This document shows positions 1-9,384 of a stretch of DNA of 64,000 bases, one piece after another. Location: positions 21,432 to 85,431 of the forward strand of contig DATETY010000069.1 of NCBI GenBank assembly GCA_035283365.1. Reading direction: 5' to 3'. Position numbers and translations under genes: made by a program. Source of the DNA: Thermoplasmata archaeon (GTDB lineage: Archaea; Thermoplasmatota; Thermoplasmata; RBG-16-68-12). The notes beneath the pieces were generated by a model that was not told the origin of the DNA, searched no databases, and was given only the letters and a program-made list of their open reading frames with translations. Position 1 is the first letter of the stretch. Every line of letters starts with the position of its first letter.

Positions 1-539
1 ACCTGCCGAAGCGTCACGGGGTCGTACCAACAGGTGTGTTCCGGGTTCACGGCCGTCCGAAGGCCGGCCACGGCTTTGAAGACACCGTTCGCGGACCACG
101 CGTTGGGCGTGACGAGGCAGAGTAGGCCCTGTTCCCGGAGGTGTCTCCGGGCACGCTCCAAAAAGAGACCCGGATTCGAGAGATGTTCGATGAGGTCGGC
201 CGCGACCACGACATCGAACGTCTCGTCAAGGTCCATCGTCTCGACGTTCATTACACGGACGTCGAATCCCGCAGCTCGCCTCTTCTCGACCTGCTCAGCA
301 ACGATGTCTACTCCCACCGCATGACGGGCGGCCTTCGCGATGTGATAGTGACTCGTGGTCGCAATCTCTGCGGGGTCCTCGACCGGGCCTCCTACGCAGC
401 CACAATCGAGGACATCTTTACCCCCGCAGAGCTCAAGGATTCTCCCGAACTTGCTGTTCGTAAGCTCCCACCTTGGTACTACGCCCCATGACGGATGTCC
501 GGACAGGCGCCCGAGGAGGCTCAGGAGATCGCCTCCGAT
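1..539 (-). CDS. class I SAM-dependent methyltransferase (3' end runs off window; start codon unresolved)
   Basis: The minus-strand frame (last full codon ends at nt 3) reads ...FGRILELCGGKDVLDCGCVGG (SAM motif I)...FDVVVAADLIEHLSNPGLFLERARRHLREQGLLCLVTPN...NPEHTCWYDPVTLRQ and continues past nt 1. The frame is open from the stop at 558-560 but has no ATG/GTG/TTG before motif I, so it is absent from the supplied track. The upper boundary is nominal. Confidence 0.6.
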   Translation of the reverse strand, partial: MGGDLLSLLGRLSGHPSWGVVPRWELTNSKFGRILELCGGKDVLDCGCVGGPVEDPAEIATTSHYHIAKAARHAVGVDIVAEQVEKRRAAGFDVRVMNVETMDLDETFDVVVAADLIEHLSNPGLFLERARRHLREQGLLCLVTPNAWSANGVFKAVAGLRTAVNPEHTCWYDPVTLRQ

Positions 540-1609
540 CTGACCCGCCGGTAGACCTCAAGAATCCTCGGCCCCACGCTCGACCAACTGTACTCCATTG
601 GGAACGAGATCCGATCATGGGAAGCCCGGAGCCGGCGGGCATCGTTCATGGCGCGCGGGAGGTCTTCGGAGTCGTCTGCAAGCACACCTCTGTCTGTGGA
701 GAGAATTTCATCGAGCCCGCTGCCCCTCACAGCTACGACCGGGCATCCCGACGCAAGGGCCTCCAACGCCGCGGTTGGAAGACCTTCGAACTCGCTCGCG
801 AGGACGAGGGCGGTCGCTCGACGGTACTCGTGCGACAGATGCTCGTGAGAGAGTGGACCGAGGAACTCCACACTCCTACCAACCGCGAGTCTCCGTAGAG
901 CGGCTTCGGACGGACCCGCTCCCGCAATACGGAGACGGGCTCCGGATAGTCCGGGCACGGAGAGCGCGCGGATGACTGCATCCACACGCTTCTCAGGGGA
1001 GAGCCGACCGACGAACAGGTATCGAGGTGGATCGTACTCGGCGGGCCTGCCTGGCGCGTCCGGAGCGTCCTCCAATTCGACAGCGACGGGGACGACTTCA
1101 ACGCGGTCGGCCAGGTGTGGATATCGGGCCTTGTAGGAAATCGCGGTTCGCGCATCGACTGCGAGGAGGCGTCGAAACCGTCCAATCCCGCGCCGCTCGA
1201 GGCCTCTGTACGCTCGGGACGCGACGCGGCCGCGCCGTCGGCGGACGGACTTCCACGCGTCTCCGTGCAAGGTACACACCGACAGCCCGAATCGGTCCGG
1301 CAGAGCAGCGCCGTCGTCAGGCCTCTGAAAGTGAAGGATACCGACCTGCGAAGGATCCGTGGACTTTCCCCATCGACGGAGAGCCTTCTGGAAAACGCGG
1401 GCCGAAGGAACGTGAGCAGGGATAACGGAATCGACGCGCACTCCCGAGGCCAGCTCGTCTGCAGGCCCGTTGCCGACGATTGAAACCGAGATCCCGCGGC
1501 CGACCAAGAACCGCGAGAGGCCTAGGACATACGTCCGCGTCCCCCCGGGGGCTCCGCGGCTAAGGTCCGCCCCCGTGACGAGAACGATCACCGGCCGGTC
1601 AGCCGACAT
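521..1609 (-). CDS. glycosyltransferase, group 1 / GT4 (GT-B fold)
   Basis: 362-aa track ORF with N-terminal VLVTGADL...GGTRTYV and a C-terminal ASEFEGLPTAALEALASGCPVVA (E-x7-E-like) motif. Its start overlaps the end of the upstream gene by 11 nt. Confidence 0.85.
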   Translation of the reverse strand: MSADRPVIVLVTGADLSRGAPGGTRTYVLGLSRFLVGRGISVSIVGNGPADELASGVRVDSVIPAHVPSARVFQKALRRWGKSTDPSQVGILHFQRPDDGAALPDRFGLSVCTLHGDAWKSVRRRRGRVASRAYRGLERRGIGRFRRLLAVDARTAISYKARYPHLADRVEVVPVAVELEDAPDAPGRPAEYDPPRYLFVGRLSPEKRVDAVIRALSVPGLSGARLRIAGAGPSEAALRRLAVGRSVEFLGPLSHEHLSHEYRRATALVLASEFEGLPTAALEALASGCPVVAVRGSGLDEILSTDRGVLADDSEDLPRAMNDARRLRASHDRISFPMEYSWSSVGPRILEVYRRVRSEAIS

Positions 1610-2816
1610 GGGATCCCTCGAGAGCTCGCACCACCCGGAGGAGAAGGTCGCGCATGTGCGACCAGTCGAATCGCCGAATCACCTGCTCAGCCTCTGTAAC
1701 GGTCGCGTCGCGAGCCGCGTCCCGGCCCAACGCCGCAGAGATTTCCCGCGACAAGCTGTCCGGGTCACCGGGAGCATAGTACCGAGCCCCCTCGCCGAGC
1801 GTCTCCCGGAGGAACTTCAACCGCGGAACGATCAGGAGCTTCCCGAGTTGGACAAACTCCGGAACGCGTGTAGGCCACGCCAAGTGTGTGAGCGGGTTGG
1901 CTTCGAGGGTCACGACTCCGAGTTCCGCGAGGGACATGAGGGCGAGGGAACGCTCTCGAGACATCCGACCGACGAAGTGAACACGATCCCGGATCCCGAG
2001 GCGGTTCGAGAGTTCTACGAGACCCTCCTTGTACGCTGACTCTCCCTCGCCCGCGACGACGAGCTGCAGGTCCGCCTGGGAAGGCAACCGGGCAAGGGCT
2101 GCTAGCAGGGTCTCAAGGTCCCGCTCCGGGTTGATGCCTCCCGCGTGGACGAGATACCGGCCCTCCGGGAGACCAAGCTCCCTGCGAACCTGATCCCCCG
2201 TCGGGACGGAGGCGGCGGGGTCGCTCGCGTTGTACACGGTCGTGACTTTGCCGGCGGGGATACCGCGGCTCACGATCGTCCTGCGGATCGCGTCGTTTGC
2301 GACGATCACATGGTCCGAGAAACGCGCGCACGCGGCCTCGACGAGCGAAGCGACTCGAACCCACAGGGAGTGCGGGCCGAGACGGAACCGAGCGGCCAGG
2401 ATTTCCGGCATCGCCTCATGGAGGTCCAAGAGAATAGGCACCCCCTGGAGCTTCACTGGTATCGCGGCGAGCACCTGGAAGTCGGGAAGGGAGTGGACAT
2501 GGACCAGGTCGAGCGCGCTACGGCGATGCAACCTCGCAAGGACGGCCGTGCTCATCGCGAGGAACACGCCGTACTGGTAGACGTAGCGCGCCTTGCTTCC
2601 GCGCCGCGTGGCCAATGGGACTTCGTGGATGTGGACTCCGTTCAGATGCGTCGGGGAGGGGCCTGAGGAAGGACGCACGGCGATCACATGTACGACGTAC
2701 CCGGCCTCTGCGAGCGCCTCCGCCTCCCGACGCACCCGCGGGTCCCACGGGTACTCCGTGTAGGCCACGACGGCCACGCTCGGCCGTCCATCCCCAAACT
2801 GAGGCGGCGATGTCAT
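1599..2816 (-). CDS. glycosyltransferase, group 1 / GT4
   Basis: The internal ATG at 2816 of track ORF 1599..3968 gives 405 aa, MTSPPQFGDGRPSVAVVAYTEYPWDPRVRREAEALAEAGY..., a typical GT-B group 1 layout. The upstream 384 codons of the track ORF are an Arg/Pro-rich shadow over gene 2822..3916. Confidence 0.85.
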   Translation of the reverse strand: MTSPPQFGDGRPSVAVVAYTEYPWDPRVRREAEALAEAGYVVHVIAVRPSSGPSPTHLNGVHIHEVPLATRRGSKARYVYQYGVFLAMSTAVLARLHRRSALDLVHVHSLPDFQVLAAIPVKLQGVPILLDLHEAMPEILAARFRLGPHSLWVRVASLVEAACARFSDHVIVANDAIRRTIVSRGIPAGKVTTVYNASDPAASVPTGDQVRRELGLPEGRYLVHAGGINPERDLETLLAALARLPSQADLQLVVAGEGESAYKEGLVELSNRLGIRDRVHFVGRMSRERSLALMSLAELGVVTLEANPLTHLAWPTRVPEFVQLGKLLIVPRLKFLRETLGEGARYYAPGDPDSLSREISAALGRDAARDATVTEAEQVIRRFDWSHMRDLLLRVVRALEGSHVG

Positions 2817-2821
2817 GGATG

Positions 2822-3916
2822 TCACAGCTGACTCAGGAGGAACGCGACCATGCCGCTCACGATGTAGAGGCTCAGTAGGGTCCGGACGAGAGCCCGTTCC
2901 GTCATGGGGCGCTTCGAGAGAATCCAGTAGGCGAGGGTGTACCGCTCCGCACCCTTCGGGGGCCGCAACCGGCCGTCGGGTTCGATCACGGGGTTCCGGC
3001 AGGCGCGCTTTCGCTCCGTGTTCTTCCCCTGAATCCCGTAGTAGAAGGTTGCCCCGGCCTCGTAGAAGGCGGGAGAGATCGCGACGAGGCCGTATAACTC
3101 GAGGTGGCCGAGGATCGTGGCGGCCCCGATCGCGGCGCCGAGGCCGAGCGTCCCGATGTCGCCAATGAAGACCCGGGAAGGGAACCGGTTGAACAGGAAC
3201 AGCCCGATCGCGCTGCCCAGGAGGGCGGCCAACACGAGCGTCGCGAAGTCCGACGTGCCCCGGAGTGTCCCGATCGCCAGCAGGGATCCGGACACGACCA
3301 CGACCTGGCCGCTCTCGAGTCCGTTGTATCCCGCGGACATGTTCATCGCGTTGGATGTGCCCGTGACGCCCACGGGGACGAGCAGGAGCCAGTACGCGAG
3401 GTACAGGTCCGGGCCGAACCGAATCTCGTATCCGAACGGGAGGTCGATGACCTCCGGACCGAGGTGGACCAGCAAGAGGGGCAGGGCGGCGAATCCCACG
3501 ACGATCGCCTTCACGCGCTGTTTCAGGTTCGAGACGTCGTCGATCAGGCCGATCATCGAGGCCATGAAGAACACGCTGATCGCGGCGAGGAACGGTGGCT
3601 CCGCGACGTTCCCGATGAGCTTCTGCAAGCCGACGACGAGGCTCAGGGAGACGGAGAACGCGAACAGCGCGGCAATCCCGCCGAGCTCCGCGACCTTCGC
3701 CTTGGACGCCTTGTTGACGTCGTCCCCGACCATGCCGCCCGCGTGCATCTTGCGGATCAGGGGGGGCATCATGAGCACGACGAGGGTGAACGACAGGGCG
3801 AGCGCCACGAGAGACCCGACCCCATCGGACAGGTCTCCCCACGGCAGGATCTGAAACTGGTATCCACTGCCTGGGCTCGTGAGGCTCACGTCCACGACCC
3901 GCCGAGCCCTGGACAC
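2822..3916 (-). CDS. polyprenyl/dolichyl-phosphate N-acetylhexosamine-1-phosphate transferase (MraY/WecA/AglH family)
   Basis: 364 aa with about 10 hydrophobic helices. Family motifs are IGLIDDVSNLK, NAMNMSAGYNGLESG and VFIGDIGTLGLG. GTG start; the stop lies 5 nt upstream of the next GT gene. Confidence 0.85.
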   Translation of the reverse strand: MSRARRVVDVSLTSPGSGYQFQILPWGDLSDGVGSLVALALSFTLVVLMMPPLIRKMHAGGMVGDDVNKASKAKVAELGGIAALFAFSVSLSLVVGLQKLIGNVAEPPFLAAISVFFMASMIGLIDDVSNLKQRVKAIVVGFAALPLLLVHLGPEVIDLPFGYEIRFGPDLYLAYWLLLVPVGVTGTSNAMNMSAGYNGLESGQVVVVSGSLLAIGTLRGTSDFATLVLAALLGSAIGLFLFNRFPSRVFIGDIGTLGLGAAIGAATILGHLELYGLVAISPAFYEAGATFYYGIQGKNTERKRACRNPVIEPDGRLRPPKGAERYTLAYWILSKRPMTERALVRTLLSLYIVSGMVAFLLSQL

Positions 3917-4026
3917 GATATTTCAATCCTGAGCCGTGGTTCTCGGGGTCGATACTGGCCCCTTTCATCGATGAACCCGGCGAACGGAAGGTTTCAAAGC
4001 CCGAAGGTCATCCCGGGCGGGATCGC

Positions 4027-4593
4027 TTGGCGAATCGAGTCCACCCCACCGCGGACGTCTCCCCCGGTTCCCAGGTCGGCGACGGCACATCGATCTGGCA
4101 CTGGGCCCAGGTCCGGGAAGGAGCCCGCATTGGCCGGAACTGCAACATCGGGAAGGACGTCTACATCGACACGGCGGTCGTCGTGGGGGACGATTGCAAG
4201 ATCCAGAACTTCGCGACCCTGTACCGGGGCCTGACGGTCGGCCGAGGTGTCTTCATCGGTCCCCACGCGTGCTTCACGAACGACATGTACCCCCGCGCGG
4301 TCAGCCCGGACTGGGAAGTCGTCCCCACGAAGGTCGAGGACGGCGCCTCGATCGGGGCGAACGCGACGATCCTGTGTGGCCTCACGATTGGCAAGAACGC
4401 GATGGTCGCCGCAGGCGCCGTGGTCACCAAAGACGTGCCCGCGCACGCCCTCGTCGCGGGCGTCCCCGCGAGGGTCGTCGGCTGGGTCTGCGAGTGCGGC
4501 CGCCCCCTCGACGCGAAGGGCCGATGCGCGCACGACGGGAAGACGTGGCCTTACCCGCCCAAGAAGAAGGCCCGTTCCCGCGCCGGCAAGTGA
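4027..4593 (+). CDS. wbpD: hexapeptide-repeat N-acetyltransferase, WbpD-like (UDP-2-acetamido-3-amino-2,3-dideoxy-glucuronate N-acetyltransferase type)
   Basis: 188-aa left-handed beta-helix protein. VHPTADV...IWHWAQV...CKIQN...GVPARVVGW lines up along its length with P. aeruginosa WbpD as I remember it. TTG start. Confidence 0.8.
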   Translation: MANRVHPTADVSPGSQVGDGTSIWHWAQVREGARIGRNCNIGKDVYIDTAVVVGDDCKIQNFATLYRGLTVGRGVFIGPHACFTNDMYPRAVSPDWEVVPTKVEDGASIGANATILCGLTIGKNAMVAAGAVVTKDVPAHALVAGVPARVVGWVCECGRPLDAKGRCAHDGKTWPYPPKKKARSRAGK

Positions 4594-4635
4594 GCGGCAT
4601 ACCTTGATAGCCCCCTTCCCGCTTCGCCGCGGCGC

Positions 4636-5736
4636 ATGATCCCGATCGCCCGGCCTCTCCTCGGGGAGGAGGAGCTCGCGGCCGTGAAGGAGGTCCTCGA
4701 GTCAGGCCGCCTGGCCCAGGGCCCGAAAGTGGAAGCGTTCGAGAGGGCGTTCGCCGCCTACGTGGGCCGGAAGCACGGGATCGCGGTGACGAACGGCACG
4801 GCGGCCCTGCACATCGCCCTGATGGCCCACGGGCTCAAGGCGACCCACGACGTGATCGTCCCACCCCTCACGTTCTTCGCCTCCGCGTCCACGGTCCTCC
4901 TGACGGGCGCCCGGCCCGTCTTCGCGGACGTGGACCGGGCCACGTACAACCTGGACCCCGCGAAGCTCAAGGACCTGATCACCCGCCGCACGGCCGCGAT
5001 CATGCCGGTCCACCTGTACGGCCAGACCGCGGAGATGGACCCGATCCGGGAGATCGCGGAGGCGCACGACCTCGCGGTCATCGAGGACGCGTGCCAGGCC
5101 CACGGGGCCCAGTACCACGGCAAGAAGGCGGGGAACCTCGGGGACACGGCGTGCTTCTCGTTCTACCCGACGAAGAACATGACGACGGGGGAGGGCGGGA
5201 TGATCCTCACGGACGACGAGGAGACCGCGCGCAAGGCCCGGCTCCTGAGGGATCACGGCCAGACCGCGAAGTACGAGCACGCGATCCTCGGGTACAACTG
5301 CCGGATGACGGAGCTCGCCGCGGCGATCGGCCTCGTCCAGCTCAAGAAGCTCGACGGCTGGGTCGCGAGGCGCCGCGCGAACGCGCACGCCCTGACGAAA
5401 GGGCTCGACGGGATCGAAGGCCTCGTCCCGCCCGCGGAGGGGAACTGGATGGTCCACGCGTTCTACCAATACGTCGTGCGGGCGGACCCCAAGTTCCCGA
5501 TGGCCCGGGACGAGATCGTCCAGACCCTCGTGGAGGACGGGATCGGGTGTCGTCCGTCGTATCCGTCGGCCCTGTACAAGCAGAAGGCCCTGCGGGACCT
5601 CAAGGTCCGCGGCCGGTGCCCCGTCGCGGAGTCCGTCGTCCCGCGGCTGTTCGAGATCCCCGTGCACCCGGGCCTGGGCCCCGGGGACGTGGAGCGGATC
5701 GTGGAGGCCGTCGACCGGCTCGCGAAGCCCTCCTGA
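4636..5736 (+). CDS. wbpE: DegT/DnrJ/EryC1 sugar aminotransferase, WbpE-like
   Basis: 366 aa with the PLP-lysine motif SFYPTKNMTTGEGG, directly downstream of the WbpD-like gene. Confidence 0.85.
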   Translation: MIPIARPLLGEEELAAVKEVLESGRLAQGPKVEAFERAFAAYVGRKHGIAVTNGTAALHIALMAHGLKATHDVIVPPLTFFASASTVLLTGARPVFADVDRATYNLDPAKLKDLITRRTAAIMPVHLYGQTAEMDPIREIAEAHDLAVIEDACQAHGAQYHGKKAGNLGDTACFSFYPTKNMTTGEGGMILTDDEETARKARLLRDHGQTAKYEHAILGYNCRMTELAAAIGLVQLKKLDGWVARRRANAHALTKGLDGIEGLVPPAEGNWMVHAFYQYVVRADPKFPMARDEIVQTLVEDGIGCRPSYPSALYKQKALRDLKVRGRCPVAESVVPRLFEIPVHPGLGPGDVERIVEAVDRLAKPS

Positions 5737-5758
5737 GCCGACGCGAGAGGGAGAGACC

Positions 5759-5765
5759 CTTTTAG
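5759..5765 (+). promoter_or_regulatory. TATA-like box for the zinc-ribbon/ABC operon
   Basis: CTTTTAG lies 24-30 nt upstream of GTG 5789, implying a leaderless transcript. Confidence 0.5.
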
Positions 5766-5788
5766 CGCCTCGCGGGCTACCGCGGGAC

Positions 5789-6952
5789 GTGATCTGCCCG
5801 GCATGCGGCACGTGGAACCGCGAGACCGCCCGGTTCTGCAAGCACTGCGCGGCCCGCCTGGAGCCGGCGACCCCGCCGTCCGCCGGCCCGGCGGCCCCGA
5901 CGCCCGCGTCGGGTGCCCTGCCCCCGCCTCCCGCCTCCCGGCCCCGCGCGTGGTGGCACCCCCTCGGGGTCACGGCCCTCGTCGCGACGTGCGTGGGGTT
6001 CGTCGACGCGGCGCCGGACGCGCGGCTGTCCTGGTCCCTCGTGGCCGTCCCGGGACTCGGGTTCCTCGCGGGGGGCCTCCTGATCCTCCAGTTCCTCGCG
6101 TCCCCCGGCCGGGCGGACCGCAGGCCGTTCTTCGCGGGGTCCGCGTTGCTCGTCGCGGCCCTGTTCCTCCTCCCCGTGGCCGTGGCGGTCCAGGGGCGCG
6201 CGACGACCGCAGAGTCCGTCGAGGTGGCGTACGACCCCGCGGTCCGCTTCGTGAACCTGTACGTGTTCGCGGACCCCGGGGACGTGTCCGTCCGCTTCGA
6301 GGACGCGCCCCCGTACATCGTGCGCGCGGAGATCGTCCACGTGGGCGGCGTGTTCTCGAGCCACTACGACGGGGACGTCGTCGCGACGAACGGGACGACG
6401 GGGGACACCCTCGCGTTCCGGGTCTCGGTCCGCGGGCTCCCGGGCCTCTTCTTCGTCGGCGGGCACGAGGTCCGCGTGTCCGTCCACCGGAACGTGTCCG
6501 TGTCGGTCGCCCTGGAGAGCACGGCGGGGAGCCTGTCCCTGGACGTGCCCGCGGGGGTCGAGGTCCGCGGGATCGACGCGACCGTCACGACGACGGGGAA
6601 CGTGGCCCTGGCCGTCCGCCATGCCGCGTGGGCGAACGGCGCGACGGTCCGCCTGTCGTCCGCGACGGGGTCCGTGACCCTGGACCTCGTCCAGTCGGCC
6701 TCGGGGGCCGGGAGCGTGAGCGTGGGGGCCACGTCGACCACGGGCCGGGTCGTCGTGCGCTTCGCTCCGGATGGAGGCGTGGGGGCCGAGGTGTCCACGT
6801 CCGCGCCGCCCGGCGCGATCGGGTTCGACTCGGCCAAGTACGAGGAGGTCGCCGGCCTCCTGTACGCCCCGTCCCGGACCGGCTTCGAAGCCGCGAACCT
6901 CAAGTTCATCGTCCAGCTCGCGACCACGACGGGGTCCGTGGTGGTCGCATGA
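5789..6952 (+). CDS. zinc-ribbon membrane protein with beta-rich DUF4097/LiaG-like C-terminal domain
   Basis: 387 aa, GTG start. It has an N-terminal ribbon CPACGTWNRETARFCKHC, a Pro-rich linker and about 4 TM helices. The C-terminus is a repetitive beta-rich domain (VSVSVALE, TGSVTLDL, TTGRVVVRF, TTGSVVVA). Confidence 0.7.
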   Translation: MICPACGTWNRETARFCKHCAARLEPATPPSAGPAAPTPASGALPPPPASRPRAWWHPLGVTALVATCVGFVDAAPDARLSWSLVAVPGLGFLAGGLLILQFLASPGRADRRPFFAGSALLVAALFLLPVAVAVQGRATTAESVEVAYDPAVRFVNLYVFADPGDVSVRFEDAPPYIVRAEIVHVGGVFSSHYDGDVVATNGTTGDTLAFRVSVRGLPGLFFVGGHEVRVSVHRNVSVSVALESTAGSLSLDVPAGVEVRGIDATVTTTGNVALAVRHAAWANGATVRLSSATGSVTLDLVQSASGAGSVSVGATSTTGRVVVRFAPDGGVGAEVSTSAPPGAIGFDSAKYEEVAGLLYAPSRTGFEAANLKFIVQLATTTGSVVVA

Positions 6953-7359
6953 TCCGGTGCCCCGCCTGCGCGGTGGAGAGCGAGCCGGACGCGCGGTACT
7001 GCGACGGCTGCGGCGCGGAGCTGGGCGCGCCCGCCGGACCCGGCGAGCCGCGCCCGGCCCGCCCGGAGGCCACGCCCCTCGTCGTGTACGCGCCCGTCCG
7101 CCCGCGGGCCTGGTGGTACCCGATCGGGGTGTGGGTCGTCCTGTCCGCGTTCTTCCTGTTCGTGGACCTCGTCCCCGGGGACGGGCTCGGGTGGGCCCAC
7201 GGGCCCATCGGCGTGCTGGGGATCTTCCTCGTGGGGTTCCCGCTCCTCCATCTCCTCGAGGCGTTCGCGGCCGGGGAGCGGTCCCGCCTGCGCGGGCCGC
7301 GGGGCGAGGGAAGCGCCAAGGCGGAGCCCGAGGACGCGAGGAGGCGCGCGGGGCCCTGA
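6949..7359 (+). CDS. zinc-ribbon membrane protein (N-terminus paralogous to upstream gene)
   Basis: ATG 6949 overlaps the upstream stop (ATGA). The 136-aa product is MIRCPACAVESEPDARYCDGCGAEL plus a Pro-rich linker plus 2-3 TM helices. This is the only sensible part of track ORF 5803..7359. Confidence 0.65.
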   Translation: MIRCPACAVESEPDARYCDGCGAELGAPAGPGEPRPARPEATPLVVYAPVRPRAWWYPIGVWVVLSAFFLFVDLVPGDGLGWAHGPIGVLGIFLVGFPLLHLLEAFAAGERSRLRGPRGEGSAKAEPEDARRRAGP

Positions 7360-7371
7360 CGGGCCCCCGGG

Positions 7372-8058
7372 ATGGCGCCCATGGATCCGCACGAGTTCGC
7401 CCGGAGCCTCCACGAGGGCGCGGACCGGGAGCGCGCGATGCACTGGGAGGAGGCCGCCGCGTTCTACGCGGGCCTCGTGAGGGGGCTCGGGTCCATCGCC
7501 GCGCAGGACGCGCGGGGGCGCGCGATGCGGGCCATGGCCCTCCTCCGACAGGGGAACGCCCTCATGGAGCTGGCCCGGTGGGAGGAGGCCCGGCAGGTCC
7601 TGGACGACGCCCTCCACGACGCGCAGGGGTCCGGCGACGCGGGCGTGGTCGCGCAGGCCCTCCTGGCGGCCGGGGTGTTCGCGGCGAACCGGGCGGACGC
7701 GCCCCGGGCCGAGGCGTTCATGCTCGACGCCCTCGAGCGGTTCCACGCGACGGACGACCGCGCGTCCCTGCAGGGCCGCGGCTGGGCGTTCCTGAACCTC
7801 GCGACCCTGTACGGGAAGACGGGCCGGATCGACCTCGCGTTCGTCACGTTCCACAAGGCCCGGGACGTGCTCGGGGCGGCCCGCAACTGGGCCGGGGTCG
7901 CGGCCGCGTGGGAAGCCCAGGCCCAGCTCCGGCGCGGGATGGGGGACGAGGACCGGTGGCGCGAGGACCTCGCGGAGGCCGTCATCTTCTACGAGCGGGA
8001 CGGCATGCGGGAGAAGGCGGATCGCCTCCGCGCCGTGATCGGCCGCAAGCTCGTGTGA
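7372..8058 (+). CDS. TPR-like helical repeat protein
   Basis: 228 aa, all-helical and Ala/Leu-rich with TPR-like periodicity (WEEAAAFYAGL, WEEARQVLDDAL, LATLYGKTGRIDLAFVTFHKA). It starts 12 nt after the upstream stop. Confidence 0.65.
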   Translation: MAPMDPHEFARSLHEGADRERAMHWEEAAAFYAGLVRGLGSIAAQDARGRAMRAMALLRQGNALMELARWEEARQVLDDALHDAQGSGDAGVVAQALLAAGVFAANRADAPRAEAFMLDALERFHATDDRASLQGRGWAFLNLATLYGKTGRIDLAFVTFHKARDVLGAARNWAGVAAAWEAQAQLRRGMGDEDRWREDLAEAVIFYERDGMREKADRLRAVIGRKLV

Positions 8059-8123
8059 GCCCGCGGCGGGTATGTACCCTAGGGTCGGAACCTTGAACCC
8101 GCCGCGCGCGCCAGGCCGTCCGG

Positions 8124-8537
8124 ATGCAGGACGTCGTGTACGAGAGGAACGTGTTCGCGGAGCGGGCTTGCCCCGTCTGCGGCACGGACCGGGGCCGGCG
8201 GCCTCGGAGGGCGCGGGGCTGCGCCGCGTGCGGGGCCCCCCTCGCCGCGGGGGAGGCGTTTGTCCGCCGGGTCGCGGGCGGCGCTCGCCTCGCGTGCTCG
8301 ATCGCGTGCCTGAAGGCCCTCCACGAGGAGGACGCCGACGCGTCGGCGGGGTGCGGATGGTGCGACGCCCGCCGGCCCCCGGTGGAGGGACCCGAGCGGT
8401 CGTGTCTCCAGTGCGCGGCCCGGCTCTCCGGAGACGTCGGATACGTGGGGATCGTCCGGGGCGGGCGGGCCCGCACGTTCTGCGACGTCGCGTGCCTCGC
8501 GGCGTACCTGTCAAGCCCGAACCCGCTGTGCGGCTGA
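8124..8537 (+). CDS. Cys-rich metal-binding protein with two TRASH-like modules
   Basis: 137 aa with 13 Cys. Two modules each carry C-x2-C ... C-x2-C ... C-x3-C (LACSIACLKAL; FCDVACLAAYL). Confidence 0.6.
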   Translation: MQDVVYERNVFAERACPVCGTDRGRRPRRARGCAACGAPLAAGEAFVRRVAGGARLACSIACLKALHEEDADASAGCGWCDARRPPVEGPERSCLQCAARLSGDVGYVGIVRGGRARTFCDVACLAAYLSSPNPLCG

Positions 8538-8589
8538 GGCCGCGAGCGACCCTTCAAGTGGGACGGACGGCATGGGCCGGTGCGAGACG

Positions 8590-9384
8590 ATGGCCGACCC
8601 GACCGTGGAGATCGCCCAACTCTGGAAGTCGTACGACGGGACGCCGGCCCTCCAGGGGCTCTCCCTCCGGGCGGCACCGGGCGAGATCGTCGGCCTCATC
8701 GGCCCCAACGGGGCGGGCAAGACGACGACGCTCAAGATCCTCGTGGGGCTCCTGCGGCCCGACGCGGGCGTGGTCCGGGTCCTGGGCCGGGACGTCCTCG
8801 CGGACCCGGTCGGATACAAGGCGGCGATCGGGTACATGCCCGAGCTGCCGACCCTCCCGGACTACCTGACCGCGGCCGAGTTCCTCGGATACGTGGGGCG
8901 CATCCGGGGGATGCCGCGGTCGGGCCTCGGGGCCCGCACGCGGGAGCTCCTGCGCGGCCTGGACCTCGCGCCCAAGGCGGACGAGACGATCGCGTCCCTG
9001 TCCAAGGGGATGAAGGCGAAGCTCGCCTTCGCGGCCGCGACGATCCACGATCCGGACCTGCTCATCCTGGACGAACCCCTCATCGGGGTGGACCCGGCCG
9101 GGCAGCACAAGCTCAAGGAGCACCTCGTCGGGGTCGCGCGGGCCGGCGGCACGATCCTCGTGTCGACCCACCAGCTCGACACGGCGGAGAGGCTCTGCTC
9201 GCGGGTCGCGATCGTCCACCACGGGCGCGACGTGGCCACGGGCGACCTCGCGGGGCTCCGGGGTCTCGCCCAGGCGTCCGGGGACAGCAGCCTGGAGGCC
9301 GTGTTCCTCAAGCTCACGCAGGAGACGCCGGCCTCCATGGAGCCCGAGCGTCCCAGGCCGCGGGGCTGGTTCCGGAGAGGATGA
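8590..9384 (+). CDS. ABC transporter ATP-binding protein
   Basis: Walker A GPNGAGKTT, signature LSKGMKAKL, Walker B LLILDEP, H-loop STHQL. I prefer ATG 8590 over track ATG 8572 because a TATA-like CTTCAAG lies at 8552-8558. Confidence 0.9.
   Translation: MADPTVEIAQLWKSYDGTPALQGLSLRAAPGEIVGLIGPNGAGKTTTLKILVGLLRPDAGVVRVLGRDVLADPVGYKAAIGYMPELPTLPDYLTAAEFLGYVGRIRGMPRSGLGARTRELLRGLDLAPKADETIASLSKGMKAKLAFAAATIHDPDLLILDEPLIGVDPAGQHKLKEHLVGVARAGGTILVSTHQLDTAERLCSRVAIVHHGRDVATGDLAGLRGLAQASGDSSLEAVFLKLTQETPASMEPERPRPRGWFRRG

Noticed and set aside
1599-3968. Track ORFs that look like large fusion proteins: 1599..3968 (789 aa), 5803..7359 (518 aa), 8580..10928 (782 aa), 54782..57184 (800 aa), 15079..16401 (440 aa) and 44253..45599 (448 aa).
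   Set aside because: Only the 3' portion of each has protein-like composition and motifs. The 5' portion is a shadow over the preceding real gene. Internal starts with ATGA/GTGA overlaps or TATA boxes give sensible proteins.
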